The notes below the pieces were generated by a model. That model did no database searches. It was given only the letters and a program-made list of their open reading frames with translations, and had not been told where the DNA came from. Made by a program: the position numbers and the translations under genes. This document shows positions 1 to 8,905 of a stretch of DNA of 53,891 bases, one piece after another. How positions within the stretch are numbered: the stretch's first letter is position 1; each line of letters starts with the position of its first letter. The stretch comes from Gemmatimonadota bacterium (GTDB lineage: Bacteria; Gemmatimonadota; Gemmatimonadetes; Palauibacterales; Palauibacteraceae): NCBI GenBank assembly GCA_033720355.1, contig JAWWCR010000004.1:1-53891 (forward strand), in the 5' to 3' direction.

Positions 1-773
1 CTCCCCCCGATGACACGGCCGGCCCGGCGCCGGGCGGTGCCCCGGCGCACCGCCTCGTGGCTTTGGCCGGCCGGGCGGGTCGTGCGGGACAACACAACGG
101 CGGCCCCCCGCCTCCGCGCCAGGTCGAGCCGCGGCGCCGGGTCGCCGATCACGAACAGCGCCCCGCAGCCGCCCAGCCGGGAGAACGCCGCGGCCGACAG
201 CCCGACCGGACCCGACCCCTGGACGACGACGCAATCGCCCGGACGGATGGATGCGCGCTCGACCGACCCGAACCCGGTGAACAGCCCGCACCCGCCGCCG
301 ATGACATCGTCGCTCGTGAGCTCCTCGGGGAGCGTGAAGACCGCGGTGCCCTCCCGCAGGTGGATCGCCTCGGCCCAGCCGCCGTGCAGGCCGTCGTCGA
401 CTCCGAAGGTGATCCCGTAGACCTTGCGCGAAGGGCACAGATTGGACTGCTCGGCGACCGCGCAGTAGTAGCACCGGTGACACGTCCCCCACACGTCGTA
501 GAAGGTGACGATGTCGCCGGGGGCCAGCGGTCGGCCGGTCGCGTCGGTGTCCACGCCGCGCGTCTCGACGATCTCGCCGACGCTCACGTGTCCCGGGATG
601 ATGGGGTAGGGCACCCCCGCGAGCCGACCTCGGTGCAGGTGGACGTCGGTTCCGCATACCTCGCTGGCGACGATCCTCAGGAGAAGGTCGCCGTGGCCGA
701 GCGACGGGTCGGGCAGGGTCCGCGTCTCGATGGGTGCGTCCGGCCCGGTCATGACGGCGGCTGTGTACCCCAC
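1..773 (-). CDS. Zinc-binding alcohol dehydrogenase (MDR family), 3'-truncated by the window edge
   Basis: Not in the ORF track. Manual minus-strand translation from GTG at 773 (RBS GAGGAGA) gives EVCGTDVH, PGHVSVG, structural Zn motif CHRCYYC...C and Rossmann VQGSGPVG. Confidence 0.88.
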   Translation of the reverse strand, partial: MGYTAAVMTGPDAPIETRTLPDPSLGHGDLLLRIVASEVCGTDVHLHRGRLAGVPYPIIPGHVSVGEIVETRGVDTDATGRPLAPGDIVTFYDVWGTCHRCYYCAVAEQSNLCPSRKVYGITFGVDDGLHGGWAEAIHLREGTAVFTLPEELTSDDVIGGGCGLFTGFGSVERASIRPGDCVVVQGSGPVGLSAAAFSRLGGCGALFVIGDPAPRLDLARRRGAAVVLSRTTRPAGQSHEAVRRGTARRRAGRVIGG

Positions 774-859
774 TGGGGTCTCCTCGTCTCGGCGTGGCTA
801 CCGGCCGCGTGTATCTTAGACACCTTCGACGACACACCAAACCCGAGACGGAGTCACCG

Positions 860-2128
860 TTGATCAGATCCGCCACGACCAGGTCCGAAATCGCTCTCGC
901 GATCGCTTGCGGCGCGCTCGCCACGGCGTGTGCGGGTGAGCCCGGCGCCCAGGATGACGTCTCGCCGGCATCGCTGACGTTGACCCAGGTCGAGTTCGCG
1001 CGACCTGCGAAGAGCGGAGAGCCGCATCTCCTGGCGACGTCCGACGGCGGGGCCCTGTTGACCTGGCTCGAGCCCGTTGGAGGGGACGTGTGGGCGTTCC
1101 GGCTGGCACGGCGCGGCGTCGAGGGCTGGTCGGAGCCGACCACGATCCGCGAGAGCGACGCCTTCTTCGTCAACTGGGCCGACTTCCCCTCGTCCGTCGA
1201 GATGGATGACGGAACCATCGTCGTGCTCTGGCTCGAGCGGGTCGCGGACGCCCCGTACGCCTACCACGTCATGCTCTCCCTGTCGGACGATGACGGCGCC
1301 TCGTGGTCGGATCCGATCCGCCTCCACGACGACACGTCTCCGACCGAGCACGGGTTCGTCTCGATGACCCCGTGGGAGGGCGGGGCGGCGATCACCTGGC
1401 TCGACGGGCGTGCCATGTACGATCCCGACGGGGAGGCGGACGGCGGGCACGGAGGCGGTGCCGGGGGCGCGATGTCGGCGAGGTTCAGGACGCTGGCGCC
1501 CGACGGGGCGCTCGGCGCGGAGGTGCTGCTCGATGGCCGTACGTGCGAGTGCTGTCAGACCGCCCTCGCGGCGTCGAGCCGGGGTCTGGTGGCGGCGTAC
1601 CGCGACCGGAGCGAGACCGAGATCCGCGACATCGCGGTCGTGCGCAGCCTGGGCGAGACCTGGAGCCCCCCGGTGCCGATCGCCGAGAACGGCTGGGAGA
1701 TCAACGGTTGCCCGGTCAACGGGCCGCAATTGAGCGCCCGGGGTGCCGATGTGGTCGGAGCCTGGTACACGGGGGTCGGGGACGCGCCGCAGGCCTACGT
1801 CGCGTTCTCCTCCGATGCGGGGGAGTCGTTCGGGCCTCCGGTGCGAATCGACGAAGGGCTGCCGATCGGGCGCGTGGACGTCGAGTGGATCGACGACGGG
1901 CGCGCCGTAGTCACATGGGTCGAGGGGAACGACGGCGGCGCCCGGGTCATGGCGCGTCTCGTCGCAGCCGACGAAGGGCTGGAGGCGCCCGTCACCGTAA
2001 CCGAGACGACCGTCGAACGGGCGAGCGGCTTCCCACGGATCGCGCGTGTCGGGTCGGAGGTCCTCGTCGTCTGGACTGTGCCCGGGGATGAGGGGGGGAT
2101 CCGGGTCCGCGGCATCCGGATCGAGTGA
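860..2128 (+). CDS. BNR/Asp-box (sialidase-like) beta-propeller lipoprotein
   Basis: Asp-boxes SDDDGASW and SSDAGESF; lipobox LATAC; motifs CECC and GCPVNGP. Start moved to TTG 860 after GGAG. Confidence 0.8.
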   Translation: MIRSATTRSEIALAIACGALATACAGEPGAQDDVSPASLTLTQVEFARPAKSGEPHLLATSDGGALLTWLEPVGGDVWAFRLARRGVEGWSEPTTIRESDAFFVNWADFPSSVEMDDGTIVVLWLERVADAPYAYHVMLSLSDDDGASWSDPIRLHDDTSPTEHGFVSMTPWEGGAAITWLDGRAMYDPDGEADGGHGGGAGGAMSARFRTLAPDGALGAEVLLDGRTCECCQTALAASSRGLVAAYRDRSETEIRDIAVVRSLGETWSPPVPIAENGWEINGCPVNGPQLSARGADVVGAWYTGVGDAPQAYVAFSSDAGESFGPPVRIDEGLPIGRVDVEWIDDGRAVVTWVEGNDGGARVMARLVAADEGLEAPVTVTETTVERASGFPRIARVGSEVLVVWTVPGDEGGIRVRGIRIE

Positions 2129-2742
2129 CGGGCGCGCGGCGACGGCGGGACGGGGCGGGTCCGACCCGGGCGCGCGTGGCCGTCGGCGTGAGCGTCGCCA
2201 TCTCCGGCGCGACCGTCGCGGCCTGCGGCGTGGGGCCCGACGAGTACTCCGATGAGCTGATCCGGCGCGGTATCCCGACGCCGATCGAGTACGCCGCATG
2301 GTGGGACGAGATCTCGGAGTGCAGCGGCGAGCAGGGCGATTTCGACGCCCTCCGCGTCTACGTCGTGGTGGCGCCGCTCGAGCTGAACGGCACCGCGTTC
2401 CCGTGCGGGGGAGAGCTGTGCAACGGGATCTGGGAACGGCCGCACGACATCACGTTCGCCCCGGCCCACATCGGCGACGAGACGCTCGTGAAGCACGAGA
2501 TGCTGCATGATCTGATTCGGGTAGCGGGTCACCCCGCGGTATTCGAGGAGTGCGGCGTGACCTGGGGGAACGGGGCGGCCGATATCGTGCCCCGTCGACC
2601 CGGCGGTGCGGGGTCCGGACGACGCACCGCCGCCCGGCCCGCACCTCCGGCGTCGTGGCCCGCGGGAACGGGCCTCGCTCCGCTCACCGGTCCTCCGTCC
2701 CTCCCCTCGCCTCCGTCGCGGCTCGCCGCCAGCCGACCGTGA
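2125..2742 (+). CDS. Putative lipoprotein with an HExxH zincin motif
   Basis: Lipobox-like VAAC, KHEMLHD motif, GTGA overlap with the upstream stop. Start and low-complexity C-terminus uncertain. Confidence 0.6.
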   Translation: MTGARRRRDGAGPTRARVAVGVSVAISGATVAACGVGPDEYSDELIRRGIPTPIEYAAWWDEISECSGEQGDFDALRVYVVVAPLELNGTAFPCGGELCNGIWERPHDITFAPAHIGDETLVKHEMLHDLIRVAGHPAVFEECGVTWGNGAADIVPRRPGGAGSGRRTAARPAPPASWPAGTGLAPLTGPPSLPSPPSRLAASRP

Positions 2743-2911
2743 TGGCCCCGGCGACCGCGATCAGCATCGGCGCGATAAGCCAGAGCGTCCCCATCGGGAC
2801 GTCGACCCCGGCCGCCGCGACCTCGACTCCCCTGTGGACGGCCGCCGCGGCCGACCCGGCATCTATCGAAACGAGGATGGCCACCATCCCCGCCATCGCC
2901 ACGCGTCTCAT
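2684..2911 (-). CDS. Small secreted/membrane protein (75 aa)
   Basis: ATG at 2911 with strong RBS GGAGGAGAG; N-terminal signal-like segment and a C-terminal TM helix followed by WRR. Confidence 0.6.
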   Translation of the reverse strand: MRRVAMAGMVAILVSIDAGSAAAAVHRGVEVAAAGVDVPMGTLWLIAPMLIAVAGAITVGWRRAATEARGGTEDR

Positions 2912-3034
2912 TTCGCGCTCTCCTCCCCAGATCGTGCGAAAAACGTGGGGTTTCCCCCCCTTCACCCTCTAATACGGGAAATGAGCGCGGATCGGCTCGC
3001 GCGATCCTGAAGGGCGGCGCCGGGTGGGTCGGGG

Positions 3035-4024
3035 TCAGAGGTCGCGGGCGCGCTCTTCCGCTTCCCGCAGAAGCTGTTCGAGGGTGGGCCGACGCTGAAA
3101 CGCCGCCCATCCGGCCGGAGTCGCGTCGTGCTCGTCATCCCGCGCCAGCGGATCGGCGCCGGCATCGAGGAGCGCCCGCGCGATCGCGGTGTCGTCACGA
3201 GGCGCGCGGGTCACCCAGTGCAGCGGTCGGATGCCCTCGCCGTCGCGCTGGTCGGGGTCGGCGCCGCGCTTCAGCAGGTGCCGCACCGCGTTCAGACGGC
3301 CCCGGGCGGCCGCGGCATGAAGGGGGGCGGCGCCTCGCGCGGAGAGCTCGTGGAGGGCGTCGGGATACCGGTCGAGCTCGGCGTCGAGGGCCTCGAGATC
3401 TCCGAGCGCCGCGTACGTCGCGGCGTCGACCTCGGCGCCCGCGGCGATCAGCCGACGGGCCACGGCCTCGCTGTCCCCGCAACCTCGAGCTGCACGCGCG
3501 ATCGCGGCATCCAGCGGAGCGCCCCCGTATCCGTCCCGCAGCGTCGGCACGGCGCCCGCCTCGAGAAGCAGGTCGGCGATCTCCCGGGTGGCGGCGAGAT
3601 GCAGCGGCGTGGTCCCGTCGGGGAGCACGTGCTTCGCCCGGTCCGGGTTGCCCGCCAGGATCTCCGCGACGGTCCGCGCCCGACCGAGCGCTGCGGCCTC
3701 GAACAGCCCCACGCGCGCCCCGGCGTCCACGAGCAGCCCGACGATCGATTCGAGACCGCGCGTCGCGGCCAGCATCAGGGGTGACCACCCGCCGTACCCC
3801 GCGTTGTCTCCCGACGCGTCCGCCCCGGCCGCAAGGAGGATTCTCACGGCCTCTTCCTGTGTCCACGTCACCGCCAGGTGGAGAGGCTGGACCCGGCCGC
3901 CCCAGTACGGGTTCGCACCGACCACGTTCGCCAGCTCGCGGTCGCGTTCGAGCAGCCGGCGCAGAGCCTCCAGCTCGCCGTCGCCGGCCGCCCGCAGGAC
4001 GGCGCCTTCATCGATGCTCGTCAA
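3035..4024 (-). CDS. Ankyrin repeat protein
   Basis: Multiple ankyrin motifs (PLHLAV, SPLMLAA, TPLHLAA, PLHAAA, PLHW; LL..GAD). TTG start at 4024 after a GGAG RBS. Confidence 0.9.
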   Translation of the reverse strand: MTSIDEGAVLRAAGDGELEALRRLLERDRELANVVGANPYWGGRVQPLHLAVTWTQEEAVRILLAAGADASGDNAGYGGWSPLMLAATRGLESIVGLLVDAGARVGLFEAAALGRARTVAEILAGNPDRAKHVLPDGTTPLHLAATREIADLLLEAGAVPTLRDGYGGAPLDAAIARAARGCGDSEAVARRLIAAGAEVDAATYAALGDLEALDAELDRYPDALHELSARGAAPLHAAAARGRLNAVRHLLKRGADPDQRDGEGIRPLHWVTRAPRDDTAIARALLDAGADPLARDDEHDATPAGWAAFQRRPTLEQLLREAEERARDL

Positions 4025-4058
4025 CTCCTGCCCTCCTGTAGAACTGCGGCGGGCCGCG

Positions 4059-5039
4059 CTATTCCTCCGGCACGACGAGAACCTTGCCCGCCCCCGGCTG
4101 TGCGGCACGGTGAAACGCGGCGGGCGTGTCCGACAGGGAGAAGCGCGAATCGATCAGATCCTGCACCTCGATCGCGCCTGTCGCCAGCGCGTCGAGGGCG
4201 CGCGGAAACGGACCGCACCGCGATCCCACGATACGCAACTCCTCGACCATGAGCGATCGGACGTCGACCTCGAACGGCCGCGCATACGTGCTCTTTACGA
4301 CGAGGGTCCCCGCCGGTCTCACCGCCGAGCGGGCGAGCGCGAATCCGGTCGGATCTCCGGCGCAGTCGATCGCCACGTCGAAGGTCCCCACCGCGACCTC
4401 GTCGCGATGGACGGTCGCCAGACCGGCCGCGCGCGCCCGCTCGATCCCGCGGCGCGAGCGGCCGGCGGCGAGAACCCGCGCGCCCGTCGCCTCGACGACC
4501 CTCGCGACGAGAATGCCCAGGCGGCCCGGTCCGACGACGAGGATCGAATCGTCGTCGTCGATCTCGACCTGCTCGAGGATGCGGAAGGCTGCCGCCAGCG
4601 GCTCGACCAGTGTCGCGACCTCGTCGGAAAGCGACGTCGGGACGGTGTGGAGATTCCGGGACGGCAGGGCTATGCGTCGCGCGAGGGCCCCCGGTCGATC
4701 GCGGATCCCGATGGCCGTCCGCCGCAGACAGTGCGATGAGCGACCCGCCCGACACTCGCGACAGCGTGCGGGTTCGGTCCGATCGCCGGGACATGTGACG
4801 TTGATCTCGGCCACCACGCGGATCCCCCGCCAGTCCTGCGGCCCGTTCTCGACCACGCCGACGAGTTCGTGCCCGGGAATCCCCCGGAAGTCGAGCTCTC
4901 CACGGAGGATGCCGAGGTCGGTCCCGCAGATCCCGACGGCCAGGACTCGGACGACCACCTCGCCGTCGCCCGCGACGGGATCCGGGAGGTCGTTGCGCAC
5001 CGAGACGGTCCCATCCTCGATCCAGGCTCCGACCAACAC
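4059..5039 (-). CDS. Zinc-dependent alcohol dehydrogenase (MDR/threonine dehydrogenase-like)
   Basis: GICGTD, PGHELVG, C..CRECR...C, VEPLAA, VGPGRLG. Start GTG 5039 with RBS GAGGAGG. Confidence 0.9.
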   Translation of the reverse strand: MLVGAWIEDGTVSVRNDLPDPVAGDGEVVVRVLAVGICGTDLGILRGELDFRGIPGHELVGVVENGPQDWRGIRVVAEINVTCPGDRTEPARCRECRAGRSSHCLRRTAIGIRDRPGALARRIALPSRNLHTVPTSLSDEVATLVEPLAAAFRILEQVEIDDDDSILVVGPGRLGILVARVVEATGARVLAAGRSRRGIERARAAGLATVHRDEVAVGTFDVAIDCAGDPTGFALARSAVRPAGTLVVKSTYARPFEVDVRSLMVEELRIVGSRCGPFPRALDALATGAIEVQDLIDSRFSLSDTPAAFHRAAQPGAGKVLVVPEE

Positions 5040-5317
5040 GCCTCCTCGTCCGGTCCGTTCGGGCCTCTTCGCCTCCGACGACGAACGTCGGGCTTCGGCG
5101 CGAGACGCCGCCGACACTATGTCGTGCGGAAAGACCGCTCGCGAGCCGGGACCTGCCCGCGTGTCCGCCCGCGACCCCTTCGGGGAACGATCCTTGCCCT
5201 CCACGACAACGGTCGTTCGACGCCCGGCCCGCGGCCGGCGTGCATGCCGGGGAGGCTCGGACGTCGCAGGGGGTGGAAGGCGGAGTGACGGCCGACGCCC
5301 CGAGCCGAGGTAAGTAC

Positions 5318-5905
5318 ATGCACAGACTCTATCTGACCGGGTGGATCTTCCTGGCCGCGATGATCGTGATCGGGCTTCGCGGGGGAACGGACGGCGTCGT
5401 ACCGTCTCTCAGGTTCACCCACCCGGAAGTCCCGGAGTACGTCCCCCGGAGCGCGGCCGCGACGTGGTATGCCGGGATGAAGCCGTTCTGCAACCCGGTC
5501 GAGGTCGCGACGCGGCACCGTGCCTCGCCGCCGCCGGAGGGCTTCGAGGGTGCGGCGTTCAGCGCCGCGTGCTTCGCGCTCGCCGGAGACACCGATCGCG
5601 CCCGAGAGATCATCTCCGCGCTCGACGGCGATCATCGGTGGCAGGCGGCGGGCGTCGTGTTCAATGTCGCGCACCCGGTGGCCGACGCCGGCGACGACAG
5701 CGCGGCGGGTCCGGTGATGGAGCTGGTGGTCGAGTTCTGGCCTAACCACTACATGGCCCTCTATCACGCCGGCATGGCACGCCTCGGACTCGGCGACGCC
5801 GACGGGGCGCGCGACTATCTCGAGCGCTTTATCGAACACTACACGATCGATGACGGGTGGACGCGGAACGCGCAGCGCGCCCTCGCGGAGATGAGAGCGC
5901 GATGA
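5318..5905 (+). CDS. Exported/membrane-anchored protein with a C-terminal TPR-like repeat
   Basis: ATG 5318 after GAGGT; N-terminal hydrophobic helix; PNHYMALYHAGMA..LGD...A..YL resembles a TPR. Confidence 0.7.
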   Translation: MHRLYLTGWIFLAAMIVIGLRGGTDGVVPSLRFTHPEVPEYVPRSAAATWYAGMKPFCNPVEVATRHRASPPPEGFEGAAFSAACFALAGDTDRAREIISALDGDHRWQAAGVVFNVAHPVADAGDDSAAGPVMELVVEFWPNHYMALYHAGMARLGLGDADGARDYLERFIEHYTIDDGWTRNAQRALAEMRAR

Positions 5906-6894
5906 CCGTCGCCGCGGTTCGTGGGTCGCCGCTGTCCGGTCTTCGGGCGTGCGGGGTGTGCGGCACGCCCGACGCGCTGGGTCTGGGAACCTGCATCGCG
6001 TGCGGTCGCGGCGAGGGTCACCGGCTGCTCTTCCTCGAGCGGCCGGGGCGGCGGGCCGATCGTCGGGCGTTACAGGGCTGGCTGCTGGATGGCCTCGGGG
6101 CTACGGTCGAGACGGACGCCGCCGCCGAGGCCGCCGAGGGACTGAGGCCGATCGCGTCGCTCTCGGGGGCCGCGGCGGCTCGCGCCGTCGCGTCACTCTC
6201 GGCGATCGGCCTGTCGGCGGCGGATGTCCCGCTTGCCCGGCGGTGGCGCCGGCTGCCGGTCGGGCTCCTCGCCCTCATGGCGGGGATCCTCGCGGCCGGG
6301 CTGTTCGCGGCCTCGACGACGTCCGTCGGCTTCCTCCTCCTCTCGGTAGCCTTCGTGGGGCTCACGATGAGTGCGGCGCTCAAGCGTCTGGGCCAACCGA
6401 TCTGGGTGCCGCCCGAGACCACGGTGTTCGGGCTCTCGAGATCGACCGAGCTCGTCGTGCGCGCCGCTCTCGACGGACTGGGGGGGAGCCGGGCGCGCGA
6501 GGCACTCACCGACCTCGCCACCCTCGCGGCCGGTCTCGTCGACGTGCCGGACGGCGAGATTCCCGCCGACGTGGAGACGGCGGTGCACGAGCTGCTCGTG
6601 CTCGCGTCCGACGCCGCCCTCGACCTCGACAGGCTGGACGGTGGGCTCGCGGTTCTCGAGCGGCAGGGTGGCGAGGGGCCCATCGATGTCTCGATCGCCG
6701 AAGCAGTCGCGAAAGCGGTCGAGGCACGGGTGCTGCTGGTGCGAAAGTTCGACGAGGCGCTGGCCTCGCTGGGACGGCTCCAGGCGGCGACGGCCAACGC
6801 GCCGCGGCGGCTCGTCGAGGTCGCGGAGCAGCTCTCCGCCGACGCCGCCGATCGACAGGCCGCCTGGCGGACCGTGGAGCGTCTCACCACCTGA
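5902..6894 (+). CDS. Hypothetical membrane protein with an N-terminal zinc ribbon and helical C-terminus
   Basis: ATGA overlap with the upstream gene; CGVC...CIAC; two hydrophobic helices; Ala/Leu-rich coiled-coil-like tail. Confidence 0.7.
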   Translation: MTVAAVRGSPLSGLRACGVCGTPDALGLGTCIACGRGEGHRLLFLERPGRRADRRALQGWLLDGLGATVETDAAAEAAEGLRPIASLSGAAAARAVASLSAIGLSAADVPLARRWRRLPVGLLALMAGILAAGLFAASTTSVGFLLLSVAFVGLTMSAALKRLGQPIWVPPETTVFGLSRSTELVVRAALDGLGGSRAREALTDLATLAAGLVDVPDGEIPADVETAVHELLVLASDAALDLDRLDGGLAVLERQGGEGPIDVSIAEAVAKAVEARVLLVRKFDEALASLGRLQAATANAPRRLVEVAEQLSADAADRQAAWRTVERLTT

Positions 6895-7042
6895 AGGGCC
6901 TCGTCGGACCCGCCATCCGGGGAGACGACCGAACCGGGCGGACATCCCCCCGTCGGTTGCTGGCAACCGACGCGGGTCTCCCGTAGCATGTGGGCTGGTT
7001 GCGCCCGAGCCTCGGCAGGCTGAAGCCACCTGGGGGAGCTTC

Positions 7043-8905
7043 GTGGAACCGACAAACGTCTGGGACCCCGACTACTACCACCGCGTCGTCGACTGTCAGT
7101 GGGCATGCCCGGCGCACACCAACGTGCCCGGGTACATCCGCCTCATCGCGCAGGGGCGGTACGACGATGCCTACATGCTCAACTGGGAGTCGAACGTCTT
7201 TCCCGGGATCCTCGGGCGCACGTGCGACCGGCCGTGCGAGCCCGCGTGCCGGCGGACCCGTGTCGAGGAGAAGCCGGTCGCCATCTGCCGTCTGAAGCGG
7301 GTGGCGGCGGATCTGCGCGGCGACGTGACCCCGCGCTTCCCGGAGATCCCGAAAGAGAAGAACGGCAAGCGCATCGCGTGCGTCGGGGCGGGTCCGGCGT
7401 CCCTCACGGTGGCGCGCGATCTGATGCCGCTCGGCTACGAGGTCACCATCTTCGAGGCGCTCGACCGGCCCGGCGGTCTGATGTGGACGAACATCCCGCA
7501 GTTCCGCCTCCCCCCACGGATCCTCGAGGAGGAGATCGGCTACATCATCGACATGGGAGTCGATCTGCGGCTGAACAGCCGCGTCGAATCGATGTCCTGG
7601 CTTCTCGATCAGGGATTCGACGCGATCTTCGTGGGTTCGGGCGCTCCGCGGGGAAAGGAGCTCGACCTCCCCGGGCGTCACGACACCGACAGCATCTACA
7701 TCGGGATCGACTGGCTCGAATCCGTCGCGTTCGGCCACATCGACTCGATCGAGGAGAACGTCCTCGTGATCGGGGTCGGCAACACGGCCATGGACTGCTG
7801 CCGCACGTCGAAGCGGATCGGCGGGACGAACGTGAAGGTCATGGCGCGCAAGTCGAAGCCCTACTTCAAGGCGTCCCCCTGGGAGCTGGAGGATGCCGAG
7901 GAAGAACGGGTGGACATCGTCGAGAACCACTCGCCGACGGAGTTCGTCGTGGAGGACGGAGTTCTCAAGGGGATGAACTTCGACATCGTCGAGTGGCACC
8001 CCGACGAGAACGGCCGGTTGAGGTCGACGAAGCTCGACGAGGCGTTCTTCCCCGCGGAGGCGGTGATCCTGGCGATCGGTCAGGAGACGGCGTTCCCGTG
8101 GATCGAGGACGACGTCGGGATCGAGTTCAACGAGTGGCGCGAGGCCGTCGTGGACCGCACGACGTTCATGAGCACGCGCGAGGGCGTCTTCTTCGGCGGC
8201 GATTCGGCGTGGGGACCAGAGAACATCATCTGGGCGGCCGAGCACGGGCACCAGGCGGCCATCTCGATCCACGCCTACTGCCATGACGAGGATCTGCGGA
8301 AGCGTCCGCCCGACCGGATGAACCTCGTGAGCGCCAAGATGGGACTCCACGAGTGGACGTACTCGAACGACTACGAGTACGCGCACCGCTCGAAGATGCG
8401 CCACGTGCGGCTCGAAGAGCGCCTGCGGAGCCTCGAGACCGAAGTGGAGGAGGGGTTCGACCACGAGCAGACGCTCACCGAGGTCGAGCGCTGTCTGAAC
8501 TGCGACATCCAGACGCACTTCACGGGCAGCCTGTGTATCGAGTGCGACGCCTGCATCGACATTTGCCCGCTCAACTGTCTGACCATCACCGCGAACGGCG
8601 ACGAGGCCGAGCTCCGCACGCGGCTGATCGCCCCCGCCACGAACACGGATCAGGCGCTCTACGTTTCCGAAGGGCTCCCGCAGACCGATCGCGTGATGGT
8701 GAAGGACGAGGATCTGTGCATCCACTGCGGTCTGTGCGCCGAGCGGTGTCCCACGGCGGCGTGGGACATGCGCACCTTCGATCTTCTCAAGCCCTACGCC
8801 GGACAGGACGGCGACCACCCGTACTCGCACCTGGGCATCTCCGAGATGCTGCCGGGCGGACGGGCAGGCTCGCCGGTCGCGGCGGGCGGAACGACCCGCA
8901 CATGA
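7043..8905 (+). CDS. GltD-like FAD/NAD(P)H-dependent Fe-S oxidoreductase with a C-terminal 2x[4Fe-4S] ferredoxin domain
   Basis: CQWACP, GRTCDRPCEPAC, VGAGPAS, GVGNTAMD, ERCLNC, CIECDACIDICP, CIHCGLCAERCP. GTG start 7043 after GGGGAG. Confidence 0.92.
   Translation: MEPTNVWDPDYYHRVVDCQWACPAHTNVPGYIRLIAQGRYDDAYMLNWESNVFPGILGRTCDRPCEPACRRTRVEEKPVAICRLKRVAADLRGDVTPRFPEIPKEKNGKRIACVGAGPASLTVARDLMPLGYEVTIFEALDRPGGLMWTNIPQFRLPPRILEEEIGYIIDMGVDLRLNSRVESMSWLLDQGFDAIFVGSGAPRGKELDLPGRHDTDSIYIGIDWLESVAFGHIDSIEENVLVIGVGNTAMDCCRTSKRIGGTNVKVMARKSKPYFKASPWELEDAEEERVDIVENHSPTEFVVEDGVLKGMNFDIVEWHPDENGRLRSTKLDEAFFPAEAVILAIGQETAFPWIEDDVGIEFNEWREAVVDRTTFMSTREGVFFGGDSAWGPENIIWAAEHGHQAAISIHAYCHDEDLRKRPPDRMNLVSAKMGLHEWTYSNDYEYAHRSKMRHVRLEERLRSLETEVEEGFDHEQTLTEVERCLNCDIQTHFTGSLCIECDACIDICPLNCLTITANGDEAELRTRLIAPATNTDQALYVSEGLPQTDRVMVKDEDLCIHCGLCAERCPTAAWDMRTFDLLKPYAGQDGDHPYSHLGISEMLPGGRAGSPVAAGGTTRT

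Noticed and set aside
1-130. Odd Arg-rich translation at the end of the first dehydrogenase
   Set aside because: May be low-quality sequence at a contig edge; cannot be interpreted without reads.
10-863. Plus-strand ORFs 10..420 and 57..863
   Set aside because: Antisense shadows of the minus-strand zinc dehydrogenase, which has clear motifs.
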